NCBI RefSeq assembly: GCF_001194135.2
Contig: NC_068992.1
Coordinates: 22,280,298-22,344,297, forward strand
From: Octopus bimaculoides
Taxonomy: Eukaryota
DNA length: 64,000 bases
Direction: 5' to 3'
The translations under genes were made by a program, and so were the position numbers. This document shows positions 50,840-63,907 of the stretch, in pieces (position 1 is the first letter of the stretch; each line of letters opens with the position of its first letter). The notes beneath the pieces are model-generated. The model ran no database searches. It saw only the letters and a list, made by a program, of their open reading frames with translations, and had not been told where the DNA came from.

Positions 50840-51050
50840 TGGTTTCAAAATTTAGTAGAGAGCCAGTAATTTCGAGGAAGAGGGTTAGTCATTTACATTG
50901 ACCACAATACTCAACTGGTAGTTATTTTATTGATTCAGAAAAGGATAAAAGACGAAGTAGACCTCGGCAGAATTTCAACTCGGGAGACAGACAAAATACT
51001 GCTAAGCATTTCGCCTGGCGTGCTTAACGATTCTGCCAGCTCGCTACCTT
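50840..51050 (-). mobile_element. SINE group A (second of a tandem pair)
   Basis: ATACTCAACTGGTAG..GACCTCGGCAGAATTTCAACTC..TAAGCATTTCGCCTGGCGTGC..TTCTGCCAGCTCGC. Confidence 0.82.
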
Positions 51051-51494
51051 AACAGTACCTATAATATTAGTTTAAATTGCAACTCCTACCAGGAACCTGA
51101 AAGTTAGTAAAACTAAGGACCGCTTCAAACAAGCCACATTGTTGTTAGAATCACAGATGTTATTGCTTTTATTTCAATTAGCTCTATCTAAACTGCTCAT
51201 GTCTATAACGTTCACCCGTGATTATTTCGATTGGTTGCGTTCGTATTGAACGTTCTGGAGCTTTTGAAATAGTAATCGAAAAAAATTCTTCCAGATATCA
51301 ACAACAACAACAACAACAACAACAACAACGACGAAGTCGATGAAAGCTTCTATTTTATACACTTGGGGGTGCCACTAATGGTCAGATAGCACAGGGGAGA
51401 CAATCGCTTCTAGATTAAGTTAAGGCGGAATAGTAAGTTTGAATTTTAATTCAAGGAGTAATGAAAAAGGTGTTTGAAATATTTCCTTTTACTA

Positions 51495-51690
51495 GGTCGG
51501 TGGTGAGCAGGCAGAATCGTTAGCAAACGGGCACAATGTTTAAATTTTCTGATTTCAAATCCTACCGAGGTCAAATTTATCGTTTATCTGTTTGGGTTCG
51601 ATAAAATAAGTACCACTTACTTTATCAGTAGGGTCGATGTAATCGACTTCTCCCCTAAAACTGCTAGCCTTGTACCAATAACCAATATTT
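51495..51690 (+). mobile_element. SINE group A, internally deleted
   Basis: GCAGGCAGAATCGTTAGC..ACCGAGGTC..TCGATAAAATAAGTACC..GGGTCGATGTAATCGACTT. Confidence 0.75.
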
Positions 51691-52494
51691 CTTTTCCCTA
51701 CTCATTGAAAAGATCTTAAAATTTCCTATTTTGGTTAAGGTATATTTCAATCATATGAGACTAAAAGCTATGCTCTAAGATACGGCGACTGCTAATTCCC
51801 ATTTATATTCAGCGTCGACAATACAACTACCAGCTTCATACTGTGATTTTGGGCAGTAAGATGAAATGGAACATAGGATAAGCAAAAAATACTTTGCAGT
51901 ATTCAATTAAGTCCCTATATTTTCTGAGTTCAATTCTTCAACTTGATGTTTAGTTACAGATTTGCTTGGTGAAATAACAGTCGAACGCTGACATCATTTT
52001 AATCAACATTGCTCGTCCATGTCAAATCAATTTTTGGCCATGTACGACTAAACACAACCTTATATTAACATTACTAGTAATAGAAGTACTAGTAGTAATG
52101 ATGATAACGATAGAAGTAGAAGTAGTAGTATTAATATATTATTAGATCCTTTCAATAGAATCTCTTCTTTAGTGTTTAGTATGCATCAAATTTCATATAT
52201 ACTAAAAATATATTGGATCTGGATATGACAGTGATGCATGAAACCGGAGTTAAGAACTACCAAAGTGAATGGCTCTACATAAACGCATATTTATGAACAT
52301 TCTGGTACTCTCTTAAGCATTGCAAATAAAAATACACTTCCAATAAACTACACACACACACACACATATACATAAACACACACACACAGAGGCACGCACA
52401 CAAATATATGCATGTGTGTATAAATAAGTATATATGTACATATATACACACACATATATATCATATAAATATATACAAACACACACATATATGA

Positions 52495-52533
<39 letters not shown>

Positions 52534-52697
52534 CATGTGTGTATGTCTGCAACTATATATATATTTCATTATTTATTTATGCATAAGAACAGTTATTAAA
52601 ACTTTTTCCTAAAAGCTAACATTCAAAAATAAGTTATATATATATATATATGTATATATNNNNNNNNNNNNNNNNNNNNNNNNNNNNNNNNNNNNNN

Positions 52698-52731
<34 letters not shown>

Positions 52732-52918
52732 CATATATAGATATGTGTATATGTATATATAAATGTGTGTGTATGCGTGTGTACACACACTCACATAAAC
52801 ACTCACACATACACACACAACACTACCTAAAGTAAAATGCTATTAGAGAAAAGAACATTTCAGGTTGGCTCCAAACCAACGCACACAAACTCACATGCAT
52901 AGGCATTCATGCATACAC

Positions 52919-52955
<37 letters not shown>

Positions 52956-53135
52956 TATATATACACACATGTGTGCATCCATATATAAATTTCTAAAAAT
53001 GTATACTAGTTTGTACATACGCGCATACTTACATACATAGACGTAGTCCTGCACATGTATACACCGTTCTACACGTACTCTCACAAAATTAGTAACAAAC
53101 ACACATATACGTAAGTGTGTGTGTGTGCGTGCGTA

Positions 53136-53175
<40 letters not shown>

Positions 53176-53543
53176 AAGAGACGAGGGGAGAATTTTCCTT
53201 GCCAATATTAGAGAGAGTAAATGAACAGTCAAGAAGAAAAGAGAAGGAATCAAAAGAAATTCAAAGAGACTAAATGTTCTTTCTTGTGAGATCAAAGCAA
53301 ATCTTTCAAAGTTGTGCCAACAGTTATTCCACTTTGCATGACAACATAAAGTTCCAGCCTCCAAAGCACAATTTCTGGAAGCAACTTCAATGAAATTTCT
53401 TCGGTGGAATTTTACTGAACATATATAATCTATCTAACGGTCACGACGATTTTATATGGCATATATATATGTGTGTGTGTGTTTGTGTGTGTACATGTGT
53501 GTGTGTATGTACATGTAAGTAAATGTATGCTTACATGTGTGTG

Positions 53544-53606
<63 letters not shown>

Positions 53607-54010
53607 NNNNNNNNNNNNNNNNNNNNNNNNNNNNNNNNNNNNNNNNNNNNNNNNNNNNNNNNNNNNNNNNNNNNNNNNNNNNNNNNNNNNNNNNNNNNNN
53701 NNNNNNNNNNNNNNNNNNNNNNNNNNNNNNNNNNNNNNNNNNNNNNNNNNNNNNNNNNNNNNNNNNNNNNNNNNNNNNNNNNNNNNNNNNNNNNNNNNNN
53801 NNNNNNNNNNNNNNNNNNNNNNNNNNNNNNNNNNNNNNNNNNNNNNNNNNNNNNNNNNNNNNNNNNNNNNNNNNNNNNNNNNNNNNNNNNNNNNNNNNNN
53901 NNNNNNNNNNNNNNNNNNNNNNNNNNNNNNNNNNNNNNNNNNNNNNNNNNNNNNNNNNNNNNNNNNNNNNNNNNNNNNNNNNNNNNNNNNNNNNNNNNNN
54001 NNNNNNNNNN

Positions 54011-54042
<32 letters not shown>

Positions 54043-54537
54043 GGATATTCATAGATATGTTGTTTATATGTATAGTAATATATGTGTGTTTCCACATATA
54101 TAAACACAAGCACATATAGAGATACTCATATACATACATACATACATACATACATTTACACAAATAGACAAATAAGGGCACACACTTGCACACACATATA
54201 CACACCCGTATATATATATATATATATATGTACATATATGCATACATATATTGACAACTGGTGTAGAAATGTGTGTGGAGGCTCAGTGTTTGTATTGTTC
54301 ACCACTTCGTATTTATTAGTCGTTGAAGTTACACAGCCGTTTATGGACTTGGCATAGAAATTCACTCTTCATTCATTCATCTATAAAATTACACACGCTC
54401 GCGCACACACTTGCTCAGACTCTCGCACAAACACACATAAATATAACTATATCAATATATGTATTTGCACGTCTATTTTTGATACATATGCATGCATGTA
54501 CGCACAAATTGCATAAATACTCACACACATGGTACCA

Positions 54538-54572
<35 letters not shown>

Positions 54573-54573
54573 G

Positions 54574-54644
<71 letters not shown>

Positions 54645-56077
54645 GCTATATCGTAAAGGAACAACGTGTGAGTACAGTCATTTATGGTAGCATAACTTAT
54701 TGTCCTTTCCTTTTCCCGCAGGTGATTTCACGATCTGAATTCTAAACCGGATCCTCTTTGGCTTTCTTCTTTTCTAGGTCCAGTGCAACATCATGTTCAA
54801 TAGACTTAGCCCTACTTTATAAATTTGTAGTACTGTGTCAGTGTTATGGGGGAAAGACATTTAGAATATGCTGAAGCAAAATGTAGAATATATAGTAACT
54901 GACGTTCGGGTGATTTAACGCTTTCTGTTTTACGTAAGAAGCCACAGCCATGAGAGAAACCGAATTCCTCTCAACGACTTTAGAAAATGAGACCGGTGAA
55001 TGTCGGCAAATGCGTTTTAATCAATAGATATGAAGCAATTCCTTTTATAATTCATCAAATAAATCCATAAATTCAATGATAGTACATGGGCGCCCATAGA
55101 TAGGCACGCAGATACACAGATACACATAAGTAAATACATGTTAATGAAGAATTCGAAAATAAGTGCCCAGTACAACGGTGAAAAAATAATTCTTTTAAAT
55201 AAAATTTATATTAAATCCCGGTGTCGATTTGTTCGACTAAAGGCAATGCTCCAACATGGCTACACTCAAATGACTGATTCAAATAAAAGAATATATATAT
55301 ANNNNNNNNNNNNNNNNNNNNNNNNNNNNNNNNNNNNNNNNNNNNNNNNNNNNNNNNNNNNNNNNNNNNNNNNNNNNNNNNNNNNNNNNNNNNNNNNNNN
55401 NNNNNNNNNNNNNNNNNNNNNNNNNNNNNNNNNNNNNNNNNNNNNNNNNNNNNNNNNNNNNNNNNNNNNNNNNNNNNNNNNNNNNNNNNNNNNNNNNNNN
55501 NNNNNNNNNNNNNNNNNNNNNNNNNNNNNNNNNNNNNNNNNNNNNNNNNNNNNNNNNNNNNNNNNNNNNNNNNNNNNNNNNNNNNNNNNNNNNNNNNNNN
55601 NNNNNNNNNNNNNNNNNNNNNNNNNNNNNNNNNNNNNNNNNNNNNNNNNNNNNNNNNNNNNNNNNNNNNNNNNNNNNNNNNNNNNNNNNNNNNNNNNNNN
55701 NNNNNNNNNNNNNNNNNNNNNNNNNNNNNNNNNNNNNNNNNNNNNNNNNNNNNNNNNNNNNNNNNNNNNNNNNNNNNNNNNNNNNNNNNNNNNNNNNNNN
55801 NNNNNNNNNNNNNNNNNNNNNNNNNNNNNNNNNNNNNNNNNNNNNNNNNNNNNNNNNNNNNNNNNNNNNNNNNNNNNNNNNNNNNNNNNNNNNNNNNNNN
55901 NNNNNNNNNNNNNNNNNNNNNNNNNNNNNNNNNNNNNNNNNNNNNNNNNNNNNNNNNNNNNNNNNNNNNNNNNNNNNNNNNNNNNNNNNNNNNNNNNNNN
56001 NNNNNNNNNNNNNNNNNNNNNNNNNNNNNNNNNNNNNNNNNNNNNNNNNNNNNNNNNNNNNNNNNNNNNNNNNNNNN

Positions 56078-56109
<32 letters not shown>

Positions 56110-56274
56110 TGTATATAGATATATATAGGCATATAGATATATATAGGCATATATATATATATCAGTATATGTGTGTGTGTGTGTGGCATATATATATATA
56201 TATATATATATACATGCACATATGTATATATAGTTATATATGTTAGATAAAAGAGCTCAAAGGTGTATCCAGAG

Positions 56275-56432
56275 CCATGGCCGTCTGGACAGAACGCCAG
56301 TCCGTCACAGTATTTTCCCCAGATTAGTGGAATCGTGCAACGTCGAATGGAGTGGTTTGCATCGCCTGGCCCAGGAATCGAAACTACGGTCTTACGATCA
56401 TGAGTACAACACCACTAACCATGCGTCTCCAC
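56275..56432 (-). mobile_element. tRNA-derived SINE (group C-like), degraded
   Basis: GGAATCGAAACTACGGTCTTACGATCATGAGTAC..CTAACCATGCGTCTCC; tail CTGGACAGAACGCCAGTCCGTCACAG. Confidence 0.65.
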
Positions 56433-56482
56433 ACACAGATACAAAGACACAGACACACACACACACACAAATGCTCACACAC

Positions 56483-56762
56483 ACATGCATGAGAACAGTA
56501 ATGGTGGTGCCAATTATAATTGGTGCGTGCGGAACAGTAAGCAAAGATGTAGACAGTTGGATGAAGGAGATTGGAATAGAATGCTCGGTAGAGCTCCTAC
56601 GGAAGGTTTGTCTCTTAGGAAGAGCAGGAATTATCAGGAGGGTTTTAAACACTTGAAAGATAACTGAAAACTTGTGGATACCTAAGGATACAGGTAGTAA
56701 GCCGCTACCCACATAAACCCTACCAGGAATAAGACCGAACCTGAGCCAAACTAAAATAATAA
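56483..56762 (+). mobile_element. R4/Dong-clade LINE, 5'-truncated 3' end
   Basis: MRTVMVVPIIIGACGTVSKDVDSWMKEIGIECSVELLRKVCLLGRAGIIRRVLNT* matches the recalled R4/Dong C-terminus (VVPVVIGALG.V...QK..LLGTA.ILR..L). It has a 3' UTR of about 100 bp ending in AAATAATAAA. Confidence 0.85.
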
Positions 56763-57799
56763 ATTTTTCTTTATTGGCCACAAGGGCCGAATACAAATGA
56801 AAAGGGACAATACAAAATAAGGGACAAGTGATACTCAGCACAAAAGTTCGTGTACAAAATAAAACAATAACAATTGACAACATCACGTATTTTGTGATAA
56901 GCCACAGTATGCATCAGACTGATGACGTCAGCAATAAATTGACCAGTCAAGATTGAGAAATGCTAATAATTAGCCATGCTATAGGCAGCCCCGTCATGGT
57001 AATAGAATACACAAAAGCAGACGTAGCAAGTGTTTACCAAGGGCTATACGACTACCAGCTGATTTTCGGCAGCGTTCGATTTCTGAAACACAAACTATCT
57101 TTTGTAGAGAGTTGAATTAAAACTTAAGTATGTGGGGCCACACTCGTATTCTTACTTACGTTTATTTTCCTCACTTTTGCTTATGTTCTCAAAATTTGTC
57201 TGTTTACAAGATGAAGTTAGCTATATAACTACAGAACCAGTTTACTACATAATTTGAACTATATTCTACAACTTGTTTGTTTAACTGACATGTATGAACA
57301 AGTGTATAATTTACAAATGTTTATAGTTTGATAATCATAACATTTTCTCCTTTCTGTGTTATAATACCGTCAGCTTAGATCTGTTTTTACATGAGGGCCA
57401 TTTTAGTATGATTAAACGGTTGTAGTAAACGGAATTGATTTTTTTTACTTATCATGGTTTCTTTCTGAACTGCCCCTTGCTAGACGATAAACATTGAATA
57501 AAAAGTAGTCAGCATAAGCAAAAGATATAAGAATAAAAGAATTCAACAAGACAGCTTCCCCAATAGTGGGGAAGACTACCAAAATAAATTTGGGAAACAT
57601 TTAAGACAGTGGACCGGCTTAAAGTATCAAAAGTGCTCTTTCTGATTTCATTTCTCCCTCCTTAATAAAGTATATTCATGGAAGGCCCATTCACCATAGC
57701 TTTTTGAACGTGCACTCATTTCGTTAAAGAGACTATAAGGCAGCACCTTCCTCTATATCCTTACATTCCTCTTCAAGTGGCACTTGATGTTGATGAGAG

Positions 57800-58330
57800 C
57801 ATAGCCACAGAATAAAATGAAACCTTTCAGACGAGTCGACCGAATCAGTTCTTATTGCTAAATCCACCAAGAAGAGAAAGACTAATCGTCCATCTCTATG
57901 AATGAATGTGATCATTTCATTTTCTCTCGTAACGACTCGTAACAGCGGAATTCGTCCAACCAATGTCAACAACTGTTTGACACAGACTCACATGTCGGTA
58001 ATGCAAGACCATTGAACATTAGTGTGTTTGTGTGTTTCATCGCACTGTGCGAATCTCAGGCAAGCTTGGCAGTTGTCTCTCGAAATAACAGAACTTTTCT
58101 CGAGCAGGAAATTACCTCTCATGGCACTGCAATGTCGAGCACTTGAGAAGTTGTTCATCGACCACCCACTTGAATGGCTTCCAGTCACAGCAGTTCAAAC
58201 TGCTTTTGTCAAAGTTTAGAGTCATTTTCAGAGAATCGTTGCGCATTGTTTCTCTGTGAACCTTCGCTTTATGTTCTCTGTTTGTCGAGCATAAGAAAGC
58301 GAAGGTCAATTTTTCGCTTTTAGCGTTGTC
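57800..58330 (-). pseudogene. Possible very old pogo/Tigger-like transposase remnant
   Basis: Minus-strand fragments EKLTFAFL..TMRNDSLKM, SSGWSMNNF..RH and AQCDET occur in the order of a CENP-B HTH, the ASNGWL..F..RH motif and the N.DET motif. Similarity is weak. Confidence 0.33.
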
Positions 58331-58713
58331 CACCTGACAGCGCTGTCAGTGCCTGAACACATTCTAGTGTCAGGCGCTCAAATTTGGTCGGCAGAAATGC
58401 GTGTCGCACGAAAGGCGCCCACACGACTTCTTAACTCTCGTCATCGTCGCCGCCATCGAAATGGTCCAGAAATTTCTGCAAGTGCGTCAGCCTCAGTGCG
58501 AGCTGACATAATCATCGACGGCATCTCATGAAGACCAGAAAGGTGGTGTTGACAGCTGACCCTTCCACAAGTAGAGGAAAAGCATGTGTTCCAGTCTGGA
58601 CTGATAATTTTAAAGACAAGCTGTTACATCAGGCGGTAGCACACCACCAAGGCGATGTAGGCACTAACCATTTCCGCCTTTGACAGCGACAGGTTTTATG
58701 TGTTTGTGTGTGA

Positions 58714-58769
<56 letters not shown>

Positions 58770-59231
58770 NNNNNNNNNNNNNNNNNNNNNNNNNNNNNNN
58801 NNNNNNNNNNNNNNNNNNNNNNNNNNNNNNNNNNNNNNNNNNNNNNNNNNNNNNNNNNNNNNNNNNNNNNNNNNNNNNNNNNNNNNNNNNNNNNNNNNNN
58901 NNNNNNNNNNNNNNNNNNNNNNNNNNNNNNNNNNNNNNNNNNNNNNNNNNNNNNNNNNNNNNNNNNNNNNNNNNNNNNNNNNNNNNNNNNNNNNNNNNNN
59001 NNNNNNNNNNNNNNNNNNNNNNNNNNNNNNNNNNNNNNNNNNNNNNNNNNNNNNNNNNNNNNNNNNNNNNNNNNNNNNNNNNNNNNNNNNNNNNNNNNNN
59101 NNNNNNNNNNNNNNNNNNNNNNNNNNNNNNNNNNNNNNNNNNNNNNNNNNNNNNNNNNNNNNNNNNNNNNNNNNNNNNNNNNNNNNNNNNNNNNNNNNNN
59201 NNNNNNNNNNNNNNNNNNNNNNNNNNNNNNN

Positions 59232-59293
<62 letters not shown>

Positions 59294-59716
59294 CATTCAT
59301 ATATACGCGCATGTATGTATATATGTGTATGTTCACATGTATGGGTATACATGTATATATACGTGTATGTGTGTAAATATGTGTGTATATACATATATAT
59401 GTATATATATATATATGTGTGTATGTATATATGTGTTTATACGTATGTATGCATATATACGCGCATGTATGTACATATATGTATGCATTTGTTTGTGTTT
59501 ATGTGTGTGAGTGTATATGTATGTAAATGTATCAATGCATATATGTGACTGTATATATATGTATATGAATGTATATATATATATAAATGTATATGCGTGT
59601 ATATATATATATTTGTATATAATAAATAAATACATATATATGCCTATATATATATATATACAGGCATACACACACACATATATATAATGTATATATGTAT
59701 ATGAGTATATATATGT

Positions 59717-59761
<45 letters not shown>

Positions 59762-59969
59762 AATAAATATAAATATACTCATGCATGTATTTATATACGT
59801 ATGTATGTATGTATCTATCAGTCTATGTATATATATCTATATCTATATATACATGCATCTATCTATATAGATATATATATGTGTGCGTGTGTATGTATAT
59901 GTATGTATTGTATACATTTTACATATATATATACATATATATACATATTTATTTATATACATATTTATT

Positions 59970-60060
<91 letters not shown>

Positions 60061-60584
60061 GCAAGTATACATGGGTGTGTATGTATATGTGTATGCAAAT
60101 ATGTACGCATATGTATGTATTGGGACACTCTATATTTCAGTAAATGTAGGCAGTCACTTCTTTTTCCAGGGGAATTGGTACATAAAATGAAATGATCTTG
60201 GCGACAAAGTCACATCTAGAAATTGCGAATTTTATCTACTTCCCATCTATGCACATTAAAGCGAGTAGAATAATTTAACTCGCCTGAGGAGATAATTAAT
60301 GTATATGACAACATTTGATCTTGTAATCTGTGACTCAGAATTACTGTAACTTTCTCATTCAGGCACAAAATTGTGCAGCTATTTTTCTTAATTAGGTGTA
60401 GTTTTCGTTTAATTAGAAGTAGTTCTGTTGATTATTCTGTTGTTTCATTTTTCTGTATTTCACTGGCAAGATTCCTGATATGAACTTGTGTGCTGAAGTG
60501 CGTGTGTTTTTATTGACTTAATGAACCGCCCGAGATTCAAGGAATTCTGCTGTTTATTTGTACATATAGGGACAGATGATGTCG

Positions 60585-60732
60585 TGTGATAAGAAGCTTG
60601 CATTCTAATTACATGGTTCCAGTTTCAATCTCACTGCGTGGCACTTTAGGCAGATGTTTTCTACCATAGCCTCTAGTCGACCAAAGCCTTGTGAGTGGAT
60701 TTGGTGAACGGAAACTGGAAGAAACCCATCGT

Positions 60733-60775
<43 letters not shown>

Positions 60776-61025
60776 CTTCAAGGCGGTGCACCATCATGGC
60801 TGCAGTCTAATGACTGAAATAATCCTCAGCCACTGCTTCACAACCGGCTTTGTTGTTTTTAATGTCCCCGTAATATAGCGGTTCGGCAAAACAGACCGAT
60901 AGACTATGTAGCAGTCTTAAAATAAAATAGAAAGGGAATCGTTTCATTCTACTAACAAGTCTTGAAGGCGGTGCACCAGCATGGCCGCAGTCTAATGACA
61001 GAAACAAAATAGATAAACGATAAAA
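60585..61025 (+). mobile_element. SINE group B with an extra tail fragment between the modules
   Basis: Head at 60590-60735, then (TA)n, a tail fragment AAGGCGGTGCACCATCATGGCTGCAGTCTAATGACTGAAA at about 60780-60820, and the full 3' module. Confidence 0.82.
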
Positions 61026-61249
61026 AGAAAAGACATATAGACGATAATATTGTTCAGTCTCCAGTATGGTTTTACGTTGAATATGATATCTTTGTTTATT
61101 TCGGGGAGTTCGACATAACCTGTCACCTGGTTTAATCCTCCTAAGTTTATTGAGCAGACTCCATTCTGTAGCAAACTCTCTGTAAACATCTGTTTGAGGC
61201 TAACTACACACTGAGATAATTTTTCTATGAATGAGAGGAAGAAGAAATT

Positions 61250-61400
61250 GAGTCTATTACTTGACTAGTACTTTATTTCACAACCCTCGAAGAGACGACA
61301 AGCAAAGTTAGACCCGGTAGAACCACGAACTCGCAGCGCAAGAACCGGAACAAACACCAGAGTGAATTCTAGCCGAGGTTTACAATAATCATTAATTCAC
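61250..61400 (-). mobile_element. SINE group A, degraded
   Basis: CTAGTACTTTATTT..ACCCTCGAAG..GCAAAGTTAGACC..CGAACTCGCAGCG. Confidence 0.5.
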
Positions 61401-62319
61401 TGCTTTTCCATAACGAATAGAATATAACAACATATTCAGTGAATATGTTTTTATATATTAATACTTTTCTATCTCAGTAAAAAAATATATATAAAAAGAT
61501 CAGTAATCATTCGATATTTTTTCATGCACTTCAATATCATTATTTACATTTATGTGGTGGTGGTAGTAGTAGTAGTAGTAGCAGATGTGATAATATTGTA
61601 AATAAGATACGAAATATAGAATAGCAACACCTTTGTTTTTCTGTTTATATATTGCTTGCTATGTAGCACCTGTCATTCAATGTGATTATGAGAGAGTCAT
61701 GAGAGAATTCTCTGTCGAACAGGATAGGTAATTAACTGGTATTGATTAAATTTAAGACAGAATAGAAGACGCAGTGAACCGTTGGTCGGTAAGTTCTTGG
61801 CAAGCCAAGAAAAATATTTAAATGCCTCCCAAGTCAGGGAAAGATTAGAAGGATTAAAGACTAATGTTTAGCTTCGGTTTCATGGTATTAAGTGAATAAG
61901 TGGTGAAAACAAATACCTACCTGAGTGGAATGATTGTTCATCCGCAATTGATATTTTAGAACATATGGTACTTATATCGTTGGGCTGTCAGATAAATTCG
62001 TTCGTTTCTTTTTTCTTACTATAAGGCATTTTATAGCTATATGCCTGCAAAGATGTAAAATTGATTCGAATTTCAAAAGCTAAAAACAAAAGTTATAGAA
62101 CGAGAATAGACCTCCGGAAAAAAAGCAAAACAAAACAAAAAGCAAGACAAAAATAACATAGGTTACTTCAATAAAACTATTCTTCGTGTTAATTTAAATA
62201 AAAATGGAAAAAAAAAATCAAATAAATGAAAACCAAAAAAGCTCAGCGAATTTATCTGACGATCTAAAAAGTATTAGGAAAAATTGTGACGTGTATAACG
62301 TAGGATTCAGTGTAAAAAA

Positions 62320-62660
62320 AAGAACGGGTAACGACCCTTTTGGTCATAAATGACCATGGAATTACACCTTGAAAGTTCCCTTCCTAGGCACAAGCTCAGG
62401 CTAGGTTGTTTATGGAAGATCAGCAGTCCCCCATGCATACCAGCCTCCCCTCTCCATGTCACCAATGTTATTTAAGGGAGGAGCGAAGGCCGATATATCT
62501 TGGCACCAGTGATGTCACAATTCATTCCCACAACTGAGTGAATTGGAGCAACGTGAAAATAAAGTGTCTTGCTCAAAAACACAACACACGGCCTGGTATG
62601 GGAATCGAACTCACTTCCTCATGATTGTGAGCCCGACGCTCTAACCACTAAACCATGCGC
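62320..62660 (-). mobile_element. tRNA-CORE SINE (group C), distinct tail
   Basis: TTGGAGCAACGTGAAAATAAAGTGTCTTGCTCAAAAACACAAC..GGAATCGAACTC..CTAACCACTAAACCATGCGCC, with tail ..CCCATGCATACCAGCCTCCCCTCTCC. Confidence 0.85.
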
Positions 62661-62694
62661 CTTCTGTGCTGTTAAAATAAACAATAAAAAGCTA

Positions 62695-63000
62695 GATCAG
62701 TGCGCTGTTTCCTGGAGCCTAGATCAATGGAAGAATGCCACCAAGGAGGTTGGCACGGCAGCTGAAACAAGTTCAAGGTGGCGATGGTTGATAAAAGACT
62801 AGTTCAGTCCTTGCTGCCCCACTCAGGCAGAGCGTACAGGCTAAGGAGCAAAATACTTGTAACTCTGAGATACGTGCTGACGATTCGGAAGGCTTTCCAG
62901 CATTGCGATGGATTTAGATCTCGCAAAACGTCTGAGTGGCTCCTGCAGTTTCTGCGTGGAGCAAAGTATCTTCGATGCTTATTTCAGCGGTACTGGATTT
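62695..63000 (+). mobile_element. CR1/Jockey-group LINE reverse transcriptase fragment, degraded
   Basis: The frameshifted pieces WKNA, KVAMVDKRLVQSLL..RAYRLRSK, RFGRLSSIAMDLDLAK and EWLLQFLRG follow the RT motif order WK.A / KVME.IIN..L..L..QYGFR / ALDI.KAFD / WI.SFL.GR. Confidence 0.55.
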
Positions 63001-63096
63001 AAAAATCCAGACCTAGATAGTCGAATTAGTGTCTGGGGTCTAATTCCTAGATAAAACAACATAATTCTAATGATTAAAATATACAGCTATATTTAA

Positions 63097-63310
63097 TGCG
63101 GCGAGCTGGTTGAATCATTAGCATGCCAGGCAAAAATGCTTATCGGCATTTCGTTCGTCTTTACGTTTACAGTTCATATTTCGCCGTGATCGACTTTAAA
63201 TTTCGTCCTTTCTGGGTCGATATAATGAGTACCAGTTGAGCACGGTGGTCGATGTTATCGGCTTACCACTCTTCCGAAATCGCTGCCCTTGTGGCAAAAA
63301 ATTGAATCCA
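63097..63310 (+). mobile_element. SINE group A
   Basis: GCGGCGAGCTGGTTGAATCATTAGCATGCCAGGC..TTTCGTCCTTTCTGGGTCGATATAATGAGTACCAGTTGAGCAC. Confidence 0.85.
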
Positions 63311-63907
63311 ATGTAAAATTTTTTTATTTGTCACACTGGTACAAGACGACCAACAATAAATCTTTACCAGTACACTACTGTCACTAATTATCGATTTTTA
63401 GAGAGATGGAAGCTAAGAACAAGGTTGAATTCAGAAAATGGAGATATGTAACAAGATACTGCCAGTCTGCTATAGAAGATTTAGATAATTACTTGCCTTG
63501 AAAATCTTAGTTATCACGTTTATCTTGAAGAAGTAACATGTAACACGAAATATCTCTAACGGCTGCAGTGGATTTTCTATGTTGATATAATGACATAATA
63601 TTTTTTTCCTATGTCTATAAACGTACAGATTTAAAAGTGAAAGGCCAAGAAACAGCTGACAGAATTAGTTGGAATAGCCTGGATGTATTGAATGAATTAA
63701 TTGAAGGATAGTTTAAACAGTTATCAAAATTTGTCCAGTGGTATAGCATTTTGTCTCCAGCACGTTTACAAAAGACATCACGTAAACACACCATTTTTTT
63801 CTTTCTGTGTCTCCGTTGACTCTCTCAACGTATCTACTTTCTCTTTATCTAAACTTTTGAGTCACAGACGATAAACATGGTAACTCACCCTACTTCTATT
63901 CTGGTCT

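Noticed and set aside
54700-54900. Two strong acceptor-like sites (TTTTCCCGCAG, TTCTTTTCTAG); a similar one lies at about 60169
   Set aside because: All frames reach stop codons quickly and I found no matching donor.
56917-56950. CTGATGA followed by a GTCA..TGAC hairpin (hammerhead-like)
   Set aside because: There is no GAAA after the stem and no stems I or III.
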